From Octopus sinensis (taxonomy: Eukaryota): a stretch of 64,000 nt of DNA. Of this stretch, positions 23,431 to 35,239 are shown one piece after another. The stretch spans positions 84,444,001 through 84,508,000 of the forward strand of contig NC_042997.1 in assembly GCF_006345805.1 (NCBI RefSeq), read 5' to 3'. Each line of letters opens with the position of its first letter. Positions within the stretch are counted from its first letter, which is position 1. A model generated the notes under the pieces. The model was not told the origin of the DNA and made no database searches. It was given only the letters and a program-made list of their open reading frames with translations. Position numbers and translations under genes: made by a program.

Positions 23431-24312
23431 TTCGGGTTAAATATGACAATGTTTTGTCCCCTTTTTTTCAGGAACAGCTTGATATATAGGTGAACAGATA
23501 ACGGCGATCGAGAGCATTGTAATTATAGTTATAACTGAGAAAAAGTTAGATTACAGAGGGGAATATTGTGAATATGTGAATATTGGAAAAGAGTTACTTG
23601 TATCATGATGATTCGTACCGGATATCAGAACGTCAACGTTCTGGCTACTGCTCTATGCTCTTTGAACACCATAAAGGTTGTAAGAAGTGAGATGGACAGC
23701 TGCAACGGAGACTACAAAGCCGTGGCCAGCAGAAAAAATATACAACAGGTGTTCTGACTGTATCCACGCGCTTCTCAATTCTTCTCAGTATATTCTCAAC
23801 AGGGGCTTCGGCTTAATTCAAATGGCTATGTGAAGCTGCTGAAGACTGGTGAAACACTGGTTGGAGAGGGTTACTACGAGAAGGCCATATGTGTGGCAGA
23901 GGGATTCGGCTCTTTGCCATACTTCCAGAGACAGAAGTGGTTGTCAGAGAATTTCGGCGATTTCACCAGCTTCAATGTCTGGCCTCCTAATTCTCAGGAT
24001 TGTCCCCTCGTGGATTATTATGTGTAGGGCGCAATGAGAAAGACTCTAAGCACCTTGCCTACAACACCAAGGCCGAGCTGGTGACCAAGATCAAGGAGAT
24101 GTTTGAAGATCATCCCAGGGACACAGTGAGAAACTCATGCGCCAGTTTCCGCACCCGTCTGAAGGCCGTGGCGGGGACTGAGGGCGGCTACTTGAGTAAA
24201 CTATAGCGCCACACTGTAATGTAGTTGATATTTTTTGATTTTTAAAAATGCTTTTATTTTTGTATGAGATATTTTCTTTTTCTTTCATAAAAACAGTGGA
24301 ATTCAACCCGAA
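23431..24312 (+). mobile_element. Internally deleted Tc1/mariner-superfamily element, copy 1
   Basis: Short TIR TTCGGGTT(A/G)AAT. N-terminal KVVRSEMDSCNGDYKAVASRK; C-terminal WPPNSQDC..DYYV.GAMRKDSK..YNTKAELVTKIKEMF..VRNSC.SFRTRLKAV..EGGY. Confidence 0.85.
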
Positions 24313-24351
24313 CACTTTACACACACACACACACCACACACACACACATTA

Positions 24352-25234
24352 TTCGGGTTAAATATGACAATGTTTTGTCCCCTTTTTTTCAGGAACAGCT
24401 TGATATATAGGTGAACAGATAACGGCGATCGAGAGCATTGTAATTATAGTTATAACTGAGAAAAAGTTAGATTACAGAGGGGAATATTGTGAATATGTGA
24501 ATATTGGAAAAGAGTTACTTGTATCATGATGATTCGTACCGGATATCAGAACGTCAACGTTCTGGCTACTGCTCTATGCTCTTTGAACACCATAAAGGTT
24601 GTAAGAAGTGAGATGGACAGCTGCAACGGAGACTACAAAGCCGTGGCCAGCAGAAAAAATATACAACAGGTGTTCTGACTGTATCCACGCGCTTCTCAAT
24701 TCTTCTCAGTATATTCTCAACAGGGGCTTCGGCTTAATTCAAATGGCTATGTGAAGCTGCTGAAGACTGGTGAAACACTGGTTGGAGAGGGTTACTACGA
24801 GAAGGCCATATGTGTGGCAGAGGGATTCGGCTCTTTGCCATACTTCCAGAGACAGAAGTGGTTGTCAGAGAATTTCGGCGATTTCACCAGCTTCAATGTC
24901 TGGCCTCCTAATTCTCAGGATTGTCCCCTCGTGGATTATTATGTGTAGGGCGCAATGAGAAAGACTCTAAGCACCTTGCCTACAACACCAAGGCCGAGCT
25001 GGTGACCAAGATCAAGGAGATGTTTGAAGATCATCCCAGGGACACAGTGAGAAACTCATGCGCCAGGTTCCGCACCCGTCTGAAGGCCGTGGCGGGGACT
25101 GAGGGCGGCTACTTTGAGTAAACTATAGCGCCACACTGTAATGTAGTTGATATTTTTTGATTTTTAAAAATGCTTTTATTTTTGTATGAGATATTTTCTT
25201 TTTCTTTCATAAAAACAGTGGAATTCAACCCGAA
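24352..25234 (+). mobile_element. Tc1/mariner-superfamily element, copy 2 (tandem duplicate, period 921 bp)
   Basis: Near-identical to 23431-24312. The differences I see are gccagtttcc vs gccaggttcc and ctacttgag vs ctactttgag. (CA)n lies at all three junctions. Confidence 0.9.
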
Positions 25235-26144
25235 CACTTTACACACACACACACACACACCACACACACACACACACACACATATGCATTCCGATGTGTC
25301 TGTTATGCTTTCGCACTCTTTTATCCGTTTTAAGATTTCTTAATTATAAAATTTAACTAAAATTTTATTTCATCTTAATGTCTTGTATTCCTTGTTTTCT
25401 TCTCTCACACTTAGCTTTTAACACTCGTCATCTATCTCTCTTCCCTTTAACCTCTAATCTATATTAAACTTTTCTGCTTGTTTTAGACACTCACTACTTA
25501 TTTCAAACCCATGTCTTAATTACAATTCACCTCATGTTCTTTATTGAAATTTCTTTCGTACTACTTATATATTCAACGAGCCGTTATATTTCATTCGTTT
25601 GACAAGCTCATGTGAGTGAAATACTCGGACATCTGTCACGAATCATTTTATTACAGAAATAATATCAATTCCCAGCGTTTTACATTCCACCACTCGGGTT
25701 ACTCGAGTATCCCAGCTATCAAAGATAATCCAAATGAACTAGGGATATTACAGTTCGTTCTTGACATGAAATGCTTGCTCAGATCTAAACGCTTACTCAA
25801 GCTGATAAGTTATCACTTGAATTAATTATAATAAAAACTCTCAAATATTTTAAATAGAATATTTTTCGAGGAATATAGCTTTATTTTAATGTTATAACTT
25901 AAAATTGACTTGTCCCCAACAAAAGTTAATGTGCTGTGTTTAACTGAAACAATATAGGCGGATGAAAGTAGCATACAAGCTTACGGTCACCCTTCTTTAA
26001 ACGTATGTGACTGGCAAGTTAACAGATTTCCATCACAAATGGTTTTACATCACAGTGTCGCTTTTTTTTTCAAGAAATATTGTTTTGTTGTCACTTCATA
26101 GTTTAATATATGGGCTTAAATAGCTTAAATAGCTTAATGGGCTT

Positions 26145-26245
26145 AAAGTCAACCTCGGCGGTATTTGAACCCAGAACGTAACAGCAGATAAAATACGGCT
26201 TCGCATTTCGCCCGGCGTGCTAAAGTTTCTGCCAGATCGCCGCTT
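26145..26245 (-). mobile_element. SINE family A 5' half, head-to-head with the next copy
   Basis: aaagtcaacctcggcggtatttgaacccagaacgt..ttcgcccggcgtgctaaagtttctgccagatcgccgc. Confidence 0.8.
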
Positions 26246-26295
26246 TGACCCCTATTTAAATATTAACTTTAGAATAATGGTATTGTGATAAACTA

Positions 26296-26690
26296 AGGCG
26301 GCGAGCTGGCAGAAACGTTAGCACGCCAGGCGAAATGCTTTGCGGTATTTCGTCTGCCGTTACGTTCAGAGTTCAAATTCCGCCGAGTTCGACTTTGCCT
26401 TTCATCCATCCTTTCGAGGTCAATTAAATAAGTACCAGTTACGCACTGGGGTCGACATAATCGTGTGTCTGTCCTTGTTTGTCTTCTCTGTGTTTAGCCC
26501 CTTGTGGGTAGTAAAGAAATAGGTATTTCGTCTCTCTTTACGTTATGAGTGCAAATTCCGCCGAGATTGACTTCACTTTTCATCATTTGGGGGTCGATAA
26601 ATTAAGTACCATTTGCGTACTGGGGTCGATCTTATCGACTGGCGTCCTTTCCGAAAATTTCGGACTTTGTGCCTAAAGTAGAAAAGAATA
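26296..26690 (+). mobile_element. Dimeric SINE family A (B-box and core region present twice)
   Basis: ggcggcgagctggcagaaacgttagcacgcc..core..gtttagccccttgtggg..gtatttcgtct..caaattccgccgag..second core..gtgcctaaagtagaaaagaat. Confidence 0.8.
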
Positions 26691-26829
26691 TTTAAATAGG
26701 GGTCAAATACAGATACATCGTACTGATACATCTGTTACCCCTACTACTCCCTTCAGTAAAAATGTAAAATTTTCCACTTTCCTTTTTGAGACACACTACA
26801 TTAGTGGAAGAGAGATAACAATATTTAAA

Positions 26830-27880
26830 GTATTTAATGTACGATATAATTTCTAAGAGGAGCTGCTTTTGCGTGATGACGCAAAAGATAGACTTAACAA
26901 AGGTAATTATCGTAAGTTGTAAGACTGCTTTGATGAAATGGATTGCGACTTTGTACCAAGACTTACTACTAAAGAAGGATCAAAACATTTTTCAAGAGTT
27001 TCAAGTGCAATGCAAAACGGCATTATTTCTGTAATTGATAATGTAGTTACAATTCAATTTGTAGTTGAAAGTGTTTATTGTAGTGGATGCAGACACTACT
27101 TTCGTGCAGTGCAAGACTAGTTTCTACTATTGTTAAGTATATAACTGAAAGCAAAATAAATGAAAGATCTAAAAATTTTTATGACATAAGTAATAATAAA
27201 AGTACATAGAAGTTGGCTGACGTTACAGAATATGTCTTGAACTCCTTCCACGTTGCTAAAACTAAACTGATTAGCCAAACGTAGATTCGAGCAACTGTGA
27301 TGGCAGATGAACTAAACGTGACTCAAACAAAACTGAAGGATTTAAATGTGCAGATTTTATTCATTATTACCCTCATAAATTTAACTTAGTCTTGTGTAGA
27401 AGAGTTTAGAAAGATAATGAGTTAAAACATTTTTGTCGCATTTACGCAGCTTTAAAAATTTACATATTTGAGTACAAAGTGGGAAAATATCTTTAGAGAT
27501 TTTAATATCAGTATTTCATCACTATGCGACGACGCAAGTTGGTGCTATAGACTCAGAACTGTGTCAGCCATAAAAATGTTGCATGAAAACTTGAAAAAGG
27601 CATTTCAATAAAAGGCAGGATGGAGAGACACTCATTGAGACCGATAATCTATTGGTAAAATTGAATGCCTTCACTTTCATGTTATTCATAAATGTTTTAA
27701 TACCAAACTGTTGCAAGCTGAGAGAGACTATTTGATATTCTACAGAGTAAGCAGCTCGACTTAAAAGTATGCACAGGATGAAATAAATGATTTTATTCAA
27801 TACTTTGAAAACCCATTGTAATGATGTACGCTGTGAAAGCATTTTCGACTTTGATGACTTGGATCTTTCTCCCACAAAAA
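26830..27880 (+). pseudogene. hAT transposase relic (DUF4371/ZMYM-type)
   Basis: ELLLRDDAKDRLNKGNYR (cf. ELAFRGHDES..NKGNY), SSAMQNGIISVI (cf. SPTIQNDLI), QT*IRATVMADELNVTQTKLK (cf. QTYDGAAVMSG..NGVQ), FIHYYPHKFNLVL (cf. FIHCYAHRLNLVL), WCY, LFDILQSKQLDL. Confidence 0.8.
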
Positions 27881-27984
27881 AGAACGAAGGAAAAGCAAAT
27901 TAACTATAATTTAAATCCTCTTTCTATCAGTGAAGGAGTGATTTGCTCATAATGCGAGTTTTAAAAATATTTTGGACTACTTGA

Positions 27985-28200
27985 AGGCTGCGAGCTAGCA
28001 GAATCGTAAGCACGCCAGGCAAAAAGCTTAGCTGCATTTCATTCGTCTTTACTTTCTCAGTTCAAATCCCGCGGAGATCGACTTTGCCTTTCATCCTTTC
28101 GGGGTCGATAAAATAAGTACTAGTCTAATATTGGGTTGATATAGTCGACTTGTCCCGTTCGCCGAAGTTGCTGGTCTTGAGCCAAAATTTGGAACCAATA
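27985..28200 (+). mobile_element. SINE family A
   Basis: aaggctgcgagctagcagaatcgtaagcacgcc..actttgcctttcatcctttcggggtcgataaaataagtac..ccaaaatttggaaccaat. Confidence 0.85.
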
Positions 28201-29058
28201 TTTTACACTATTTGATGCGATGCATTGTCTATGCAAGATACAGACGATCTGCTACATAAACATCCTAATATGTTTAATTAAAAATTCATCGTAAACGAGT
28301 CCAGGTATATTTATAATGTCGGCCACTTCAAAAAGTGAAAGTCAAGCAAGACCATTCGAGAATTAACTCTATAAAATGAGTTTATTGCTTGAGAAATTGT
28401 CTGAAACTGTTACACCAATTCAACCTATGTTGACTATACTTGCACCATCGGTTGGAAATGTATGTAGCTTCTGAGTCTCGGACAGTATTCGATAATTTTT
28501 AAGTTTCACAATGGCTCAAGGGCGGTTGGTTTTATTTGCTTGCATTTCCACTGAGAAGTACATTTTCCCATTTTGAATGACTCATAATTTACTCTTAAAA
28601 TCAAGGTTTGTAGAATTTATGACTTGAGTGTTTTTTTACTTATAAAAATGTATTTTGCTTTTCTTATAAAAAGAGTAATTCAGAGAGACAGAAAGGGAGA
28701 AAGTGAAAAATAAAAGGAAAAAAAAGATAGAGTATAGCTCACATTGGTGAAGCGAATCCATTAAGATGAAAAATAGAGGCTGTGTGCAGTGTATGATAAC
28801 AATTGACAAAGAACGAAGAAAAGTCAGTCGGAAAAATACCTCACTACTCTTCGTCAGCCGTGTTATGTTAGACTCATTGCAATTTCGACAGATAAAACAC
28901 GGAACAATTCATCTACGATGAAACAAATACAATGTCGCATGACTTAATATAGAATGGTGTTTCTCGCCTTAGGAAGAAAGAAAAATTTTCTGTCTGTGAC
29001 ACAGCATGTATATATATAAATTATTTTCCGTGCAAGCGTTTGGTAGAGTTCTCAATAG

Positions 29059-29059
<1 letters not shown>

Positions 29060-29105
<46 letters not shown>

Positions 29106-30067
29106 TGTGTGTGTGCGTGTGTGCGTGTGTGTGTGTGTGTTTCGCAATGTATGTAGGTGAAAGATATAAACATATGCAAGTGAAACGGAATTAGGATGAG
29201 TTAGAAACGAAGTCCGCTGTGATATATAGACTCCAGTTACAGACGTGTTCATGTCACTATGGCTGATCTAAATGAAAGAAACAAGTGATTGGGCTGTTGG
29301 AAATTTGTAACTATCGAAAGTATTGTACACAAATTGAGATATAAAATAAAAACGCACCGTGGCAGATTTTGTGAGAGGTAAGTCATAAGTCTTAAATTAT
29401 GACGGGGTTAGAAATTTGAATTTTAAATTTAACAGTAACGAAGAATATGTACATAATATACATTTTTTACTCATTACAAAGATCCTTAATTTTATTGCTC
29501 TGCCATTTGTAGATTTGTAGCGTATACTCTTATGGAATTAGAAAGTAAAACAATGAAATAAACAAGTGTGTATGTGTTTAAGAGAGGGATGGGAGGGGAG
29601 ACAGACAGACAGACAGACCAACTGTCAGAGTGAGAGAGAGAGAGAGACAGAGGAAGAAAAAGGGAAACAGAGAATGGGAGTGAGTGTGAGAGTAAGAGGG
29701 AGATGGAGATAGAGAATGAGAGGGAATGAAAAAAGATATCGGGATAAAACTAAAAAGAATCGAATGGACGAGATGGTATACATCTTGACGCATGAACTTG
29801 TCTTCGAAGCGAAGTTATCTCTAAAATATCTTTTTAGTTTTCTCTTGACACGAAGAGAGCTGCGGGGAAAAAAAAAATAAGGGTGAGAAAATGAAAGATA
29901 GAAAGAGTGAATGAAAGGAAGAAAGAGGTTGGGCAACAAACGGGTTCAGTTTGTGACATTGACACATAGATGAATGGGAGAAAGTCTCTGTGAGAAACAA
30001 AGCGAAGAAACGGTGACATATGACACAAAGACAAACAGGTCGATGGAAGAGTCCCAAGAGACGAGAA

Positions 30068-30103
<36 letters not shown>

Positions 30104-30500
30104 GTGTGTGTGTGTGTGTGTGTGTGTGTCTGTGTATATAATTATATATATATACACACATACGCATATATATATGTATATATAATCTATATATATACAT
30201 AAATATCTATATATGTATTTATGTATGTATATATATATGTACATCTATGTGTGTATATATATATATGTATATATATGCATACAGACGTATTCATCTCTAA
30301 TTGCACGTACATATAAAAATATATATCTACATAAATATATAAAACATATATCTAGATAAATATGTACAGACACGCATGTACACAAACACACACATACGGA
30401 CACATATGTTATGCGTATACACATACACACACGTATATATACACATACACACAGACACATACACGCAGGAACATAGACGCAGGAACATACACACACACTG
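29060..30500. repeat. (GT)n, AG-rich and (AT)/(AC) low-complexity tracts
   Basis: Direct reading. Confidence 0.85.
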
Positions 30501-30561
30501 GCACACACTAAATACTCAATCTTCCACATAAAGAACAATAAATAGTTAATCTATTGTTAAT

Positions 30562-30883
30562 ATATTTAATGTAGCGAGCATCAAAAATTTAATTAGAAAT
30601 ACTTTCTAATTAGATTTTTCATACTCACAAACTTAACTATTGTTTTTCATATGCATGGCGCCTCTGAGTAATTAACCTCTGTGATCGATTTTTTTTAATA
30701 TGCTAATTTTTTCTTTTTACACGAACTCATGCGCAAATTGTATATCTACTTAATAATTCGATCATCAATACCTCGGTAATTACTTACTGAAATGATTAAA
30801 GCAGTCTTAGTAATCGAGCTAATGTCTTATCTTCAGCGCATAAATATTTCTAATTAGATTTTTGAAGCTTACTCCATCAAATG
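30562..30883. mobile_element. MITE-like element with imperfect TIRs of about 38 bp
   Basis: tatttaatgtagcgagcatcaaaaatttaattagaaat vs the reverse complement of atttctaattagatttttgaagcttactccatcaaatg. Confidence 0.5.
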
Positions 30884-30939
30884 TTAAATATAACTTAAAT
30901 ATGCCTACATCAACCCCACCCCCACACAGAAATGTATAT

Positions 30940-31113
30940 ATGTTTATATATATATGTATATATACGCATGATAATATATATATATATTTATATATATAGT
31001 ATGTATATGTATATATATGCATGATAATATATATATATATTTATATATATAGTATGTATATGTATATATATACATATATACATATGTATATGTATATATA
31101 TATGTATATGTAT

Positions 31114-31145
<32 letters not shown>

Positions 31146-31247
31146 GTATATGTATATATATATGTGTATATATATATGTATATATATATATATACATATG
31201 TATATGTATATATATATATACGTATGTATATACATGTATACACACAC

Positions 31248-31311
<64 letters not shown>

Positions 31312-31312
31312 G
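30940..31312. repeat. (AT)n/(ATATGT)n/(AC)n compound microsatellite
   Basis: Direct reading. Confidence 0.9.
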
Positions 31313-31319
31313 ACAGATG

Positions 31320-31735
31320 CAGGCCTGGCTGTGTAGTAAGGAGTTTACTTGTCAACCACATGGTTCCTGACTCAGTCCCTCTGCGTAGCCCCTTAGGCAA
31401 GCGTCTTCTACTATGACCTCGAACAGACTAAAGCTTTGGTAAATGGAAACTGAGTAGAGCCCGTCGTACATATGTGCTTGTGTGTGTGTGTGTGTGTGTA
31501 TGTGTGTGTGTGTGTGTGTGTGTTGTGTGTGGTGTGTGTGTGCATCTTTGTATCTGTGTTTGTCTCCCAGCAACGCTAGGTGTCTGATATCTTTAAATTC
31601 ATATAAATTAGCGGTTCTGGAAAATTCCCTAATAGAATACGTACCAGGCTTTAAAAGCTTAAGTACTGGTTAGATTCGTACAGCTAAAATTCTTCAAGAC
31701 TGTATCTCAGCATACCCAAAGCCTAAAAATAAAAC
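31320..31735 (+). mobile_element. SINE family B (decayed), between (AT)n tracts
   Basis: ggctgtgtagtaaggagtttacttgtcaaccacatggttcctgactcagtccc..ggcaagcgtcttctactat..gaaactgagtagagcccgtcg. Confidence 0.75.
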
Positions 31736-31757
31736 ATATATGAATACATACATATAC

Positions 31758-31801
<44 letters not shown>

Positions 31802-31805
<4 letters not shown>

Positions 31806-31985
31806 GCAAGAAGAAAATGGAGGGAATCCAGTGGTAGTATTCGTCAGCTGTTACACATCTTATTATGTCTATTTATTTATTTTAAACAGTGCAGATAATA
31901 TATAAATACATGTGTAAAGTACTAGTAATTTCTAGAAATTACTAGTACTTTACACACGTATTTCCACCATTTTCTTTTTGCCATA
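31802..31985. mobile_element. Short TIR element (26-bp TIRs, 22/26 match) containing a perfect palindrome
   Basis: TATAGCAAGAAGAAAATGGAGGGAAT (31802-31827) vs ATTTCCACCATTTTCTTTTTGCCATA (31960-31985); palindrome at 31911-31956. Confidence 0.6.
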
Positions 31986-32192
31986 TAAATTAAGGGTAAA
32001 ACCACTTATTAGCTTTGCCTAATTATTATACTCAGTAGTATAATTGTCACGCAACAACCAGCACTTGTGTATTAATTAAGTGTTCTAACAGATGTATATT
32101 GGATAGATACTATCCCTTAGTTGGTTGGATTCACAACCTCTAACCCTCTTTGAATTATATATATATATATATAAACTTAGACTTAGATAAAC

Positions 32193-34193
32193 TTAGATAT
32201 GTTTCGACCAAAGATTGGTCCAGGCCATGTCTAACTTAATAGCACCACCTGATAGGATTATTTGAATCCTGTTTAAGTCAAGTTTTGTTTGAGTCAAGTT
32301 TTGTTCAAGTAGTGAGTTCTTGTTGGGTGAGTTGTATCCAATTATGGGTGGCTTATCTGATATTCTTTGAAGGAATCTATCCAGACTCTGTTTAAAGTTG
32401 ATGGGATCCTTTTCCTCTTTGATCTCCCTCGGGACAATGTTAAATAGGGCAGGGCCTGTTGAGGAAAAGAAATTATGTTGCAGTGTACATGTATGTTGTG
32501 ATCTTGAATTGGGCAGGGGACGTATAGCCCGTGGTCCAAGTCTTGGATGAACCTTGAAGCTAATGTTTAGGTCGTTTGGGCAAAGTTGGCGGTATATTTT
32601 CCACATCGTACAAATGATGTACCGCTCACGGCGACGCTGGAGGGAGTAAAGTTTCAAGGCTTTAAGGCGATCCCAATAATCGAGAGCAGCCATACCTTCA
32701 ATTTGTTTAGTGAGTGCCCTCTGGAGTGACTCAATTCTGGAGATGTTTTGTCTTGTGTGAGGAGACCACAGTGGGCAGCAGTATTCAAGGTGTGGCCGTA
32801 CAAAGGAGGAAAAAAGTGGTATGATGACACCTTGTTCTCTGGACCGGAAAGTTCTTAAGATCCAGGAACTCATCCTACGAGCTATATCGACCTTCTTATT
32901 GATGTGTGCACTCCAACTGAGATCGTCATCAACAATTACACCCAGGTCTCTGATATTGTTAGAGGCTGTGAGCGGTTCCCCTGAAGGAAGAGAGTATGGT
33001 TGTTTTAGTGAGGAATTTCTTCCAAAATGCATCAGCTCAAATTTTCCCTCATTCAGTTGCATTTTGTTTCTGTCTGCCCATTGACTCACAGCATATAGAT
33101 CAGACTGGAGTTGAGTTCGGTCTGCTTCTTCATTGATGATTTGCTGGAGCTTAGTGTCATCAGCAAATATTTTCCCTTTGCAGTAATGTACGACACTGGA
33201 AAGGTCGTTTACGTAAATTATGAAGAGTAGCGGACCCAAAACAGTTCCCTGGGGAACACCGCTGGTGACTTTTGCTGGGTTTGAGTGGACTCCATCAACT
33301 ACAACATGTTGTGTTCTATTCGCCAGGAAATACTTAATGCAGTGTAGAACTTTTCCACGGATTCCAACATTTGCCAATTTTGAGAGTAGGATGTTATGGT
33401 CTACCCTGTCGAACGCTTTACTGAAGTCAAGATATATGACGTCAGAGTTCGAACCTGTTCCCAAGGCTTTGAGTACATCTTCAATGTGGTGTAAGAGCTG
33501 TGTTAGACAGTCCCTGCCACAGCGAAAGCCATGCTGATTTGCATTTAGGAGTTTGTGGGTCTCCGGGACGTCAGCTGTCCTTGATCTTAACACTCTTTCA
33601 AACACTTTAATGATGTGGGAGGTGAGTGAGATTGGGCGATAGTTGACTGCGAGGGATCTGTTTCCCTGTTTGAAAACCGGGATGACCGACTGGGATAGAA
33701 ACTGTTTCGGTATATAACCTGCGTCTAACGAATTTCTCCAGAGGTTGGTCAGAGGGACTGCAAGTTGGTATCTACATTCCTTCAGGAGACTAGCGGGAAA
33801 TCTATCAGGGCCTACAGCAGAGTAATGTTTGACCTCATTTATTGCTGCTACAATGTCAGTGGCAGTGAGGGTTATGTCTGAGATTTTGTGTTGGGAGTCA
33901 ACTTCGTTCGTTTCCCTTGCGTCAATATCAGTGGGAACACTAAAGACAGAGCAGTATTGTTTCTGCAGTATTTCTGCCATTTCTTTAGCATCGTGTTGGG
34001 GAATGCCGTTATCATCAATCAATGGCCCAATGGGTGAGACAGTGGTTCTATGCTTATTTGCATAAGAATAGAACACTTTTGGGTTCTGTTTGATGTTTTT
34101 GATTACCCATTGTTCCTCCACAGCTCTTTGATTTTCAATGGAGGTTTTCATGTTGGTTTGCAGATGAAGTTTTTCCAGCTCTAGTCTTTTCAT
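32193..34193 (-). CDS. LINE ORF2 reverse transcriptase and C-terminal domain (open, 666 aa)
   Basis: NPKVFYSY, GPDRFP, NYRPISLTS, QHGFR, YLDFSKAFDRVDH, GVPQGTVLGPLLF, FADD, RPHLEYC, LQRRRERY. Confidence 0.93.
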   Translation of the reverse strand: MKRLELEKLHLQTNMKTSIENQRAVEEQWVIKNIKQNPKVFYSYANKHRTTVSPIGPLIDDNGIPQHDAKEMAEILQKQYCSVFSVPTDIDARETNEVDSQHKISDITLTATDIVAAINEVKHYSAVGPDRFPASLLKECRYQLAVPLTNLWRNSLDAGYIPKQFLSQSVIPVFKQGNRSLAVNYRPISLTSHIIKVFERVLRSRTADVPETHKLLNANQHGFRCGRDCLTQLLHHIEDVLKALGTGSNSDVIYLDFSKAFDRVDHNILLSKLANVGIRGKVLHCIKYFLANRTQHVVVDGVHSNPAKVTSGVPQGTVLGPLLFIIYVNDLSSVVHYCKGKIFADDTKLQQIINEEADRTQLQSDLYAVSQWADRNKMQLNEGKFELMHFGRNSSLKQPYSLPSGEPLTASNNIRDLGVIVDDDLSWSAHINKKVDIARRMSSWILRTFRSREQGVIIPLFSSFVRPHLEYCCPLWSPHTRQNISRIESLQRALTKQIEGMAALDYWDRLKALKLYSLQRRRERYIICTMWKIYRQLCPNDLNISFKVHPRLGPRAIRPLPNSRSQHTCTLQHNFFSSTGPALFNIVPREIKEEKDPINFKQSLDRFLQRISDKPPIIGYNSPNKNSLLEQNLTQTKLDLNRIQIILSGGAIKLDMAWTNLWSKHI

Positions 34194-34228
34194 TGTTGTT
34201 GAATGTGGATGTTGTGTGTGTGAATATT

Positions 34229-35239
34229 TTAATTGGTTGATTTTTTGTTGAGTCTTTTGATGCGCCTGATGAGTGTTTTTTTCTTTTTAGGGAGCCGGTT
34301 TCTGTTTGTGTTAGTAGATTTCTTGGGAGCGTGTTTAGAGCATGTATAGGTGACAATGTTTTCAAAGTACTGCCACGCGGTCTCAATATGAGAGGAATTG
34401 TGAGTAAAAGACCAGTCGATGGAAGACAGATCCTTTCTGATTGTTCCCCAGTTCGCTTTGTGGAAGTTTATGTTGTCAAATGGGTGCCATGGAGTGGGAT
34501 TGGCTAGTTTGGTTTTTATATGTCGGGAATTAAGATTGCAGAGTACCATGTCGTGGTCTGAGAGGAGAGTTTTTTCGACTGAAATACTGTGAACGTAGCT
34601 AGAGTGATTGGTCAATACCAGATCCAAGATCGTTTTATTCTGTCTCGTTGGTTCGAGCACAAGCTGAGTCAGGAAGTATTCATCCATTAGATTAAAGAGC
34701 AGTTCCGCTGCTGCTCTATCTGATGTAGAGCACTTGCCTAACTTTAGAGTATTTGTGGGCCAGTTCACATGAGGGAGGTTAAAATCACCCATCACTAGTA
34801 TGTTTCAGGAGTGGTACTTCTGAAGGAAGGACTTGACTTTGCTAAGGCACTCTTTAAAGTACTTTAGAGGTGCCTGGGGAGGCCTGTAAAGACCAACAAT
34901 GGTTATGTCCTTGGCTTTGTTGTATAGTGATACCGATTCACAGTAGCCATTGGAAAATATGTCCTTGGCATCAAGTAAAAAGGAGTCATGGATAAAGATG
35001 GCTGTCCCTCCCTTATTTCGGTCTGTGCGATCCGCACAAACAATGGTGAAATCTTTCATTTTCACCTCTGCGTTCATATGGGTGTTGTTCAGGTGAGTCT
35101 CGGTAAGGATAAAGAAAGGGAAGCAATGTGCCATTTCGGCAAGCCAACTCTCTATATATGGGTTGATGCCACGTACATTTAACAGGAATGTCGAGGTAAG
35201 GGAAGTTGGTAATGGGTGAGTGGTCCTTGTGATTTGCAT
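34229..35239 (-). pseudogene. LINE ORF2 APE endonuclease portion (one in-frame TGA at 34805-34807; frameshift in the T6 run at 34241-34246)
   Basis: LLNVRG, LTETHL, GGTAIF, GLYRPP, MGDFN, EPTR..ILDLVLTN, SDH. ORFs 35239-34805 and 34795-34229 share a frame. One extra A restores LNKKINQLKYSHTQHPHSTTMKRLE into the RT ORF. Confidence 0.9.

Noticed and set aside
30966-31070. 53-bp duplication within (AT)n
   Set aside because: Typical slippage inside a compound microsatellite
32190-32225. Hammerhead ribozyme at the LINE 3' end
   Set aside because: Stem II-like hairpin and GAAAC are present, but CUGANGA and the G16.2 pairing are missing
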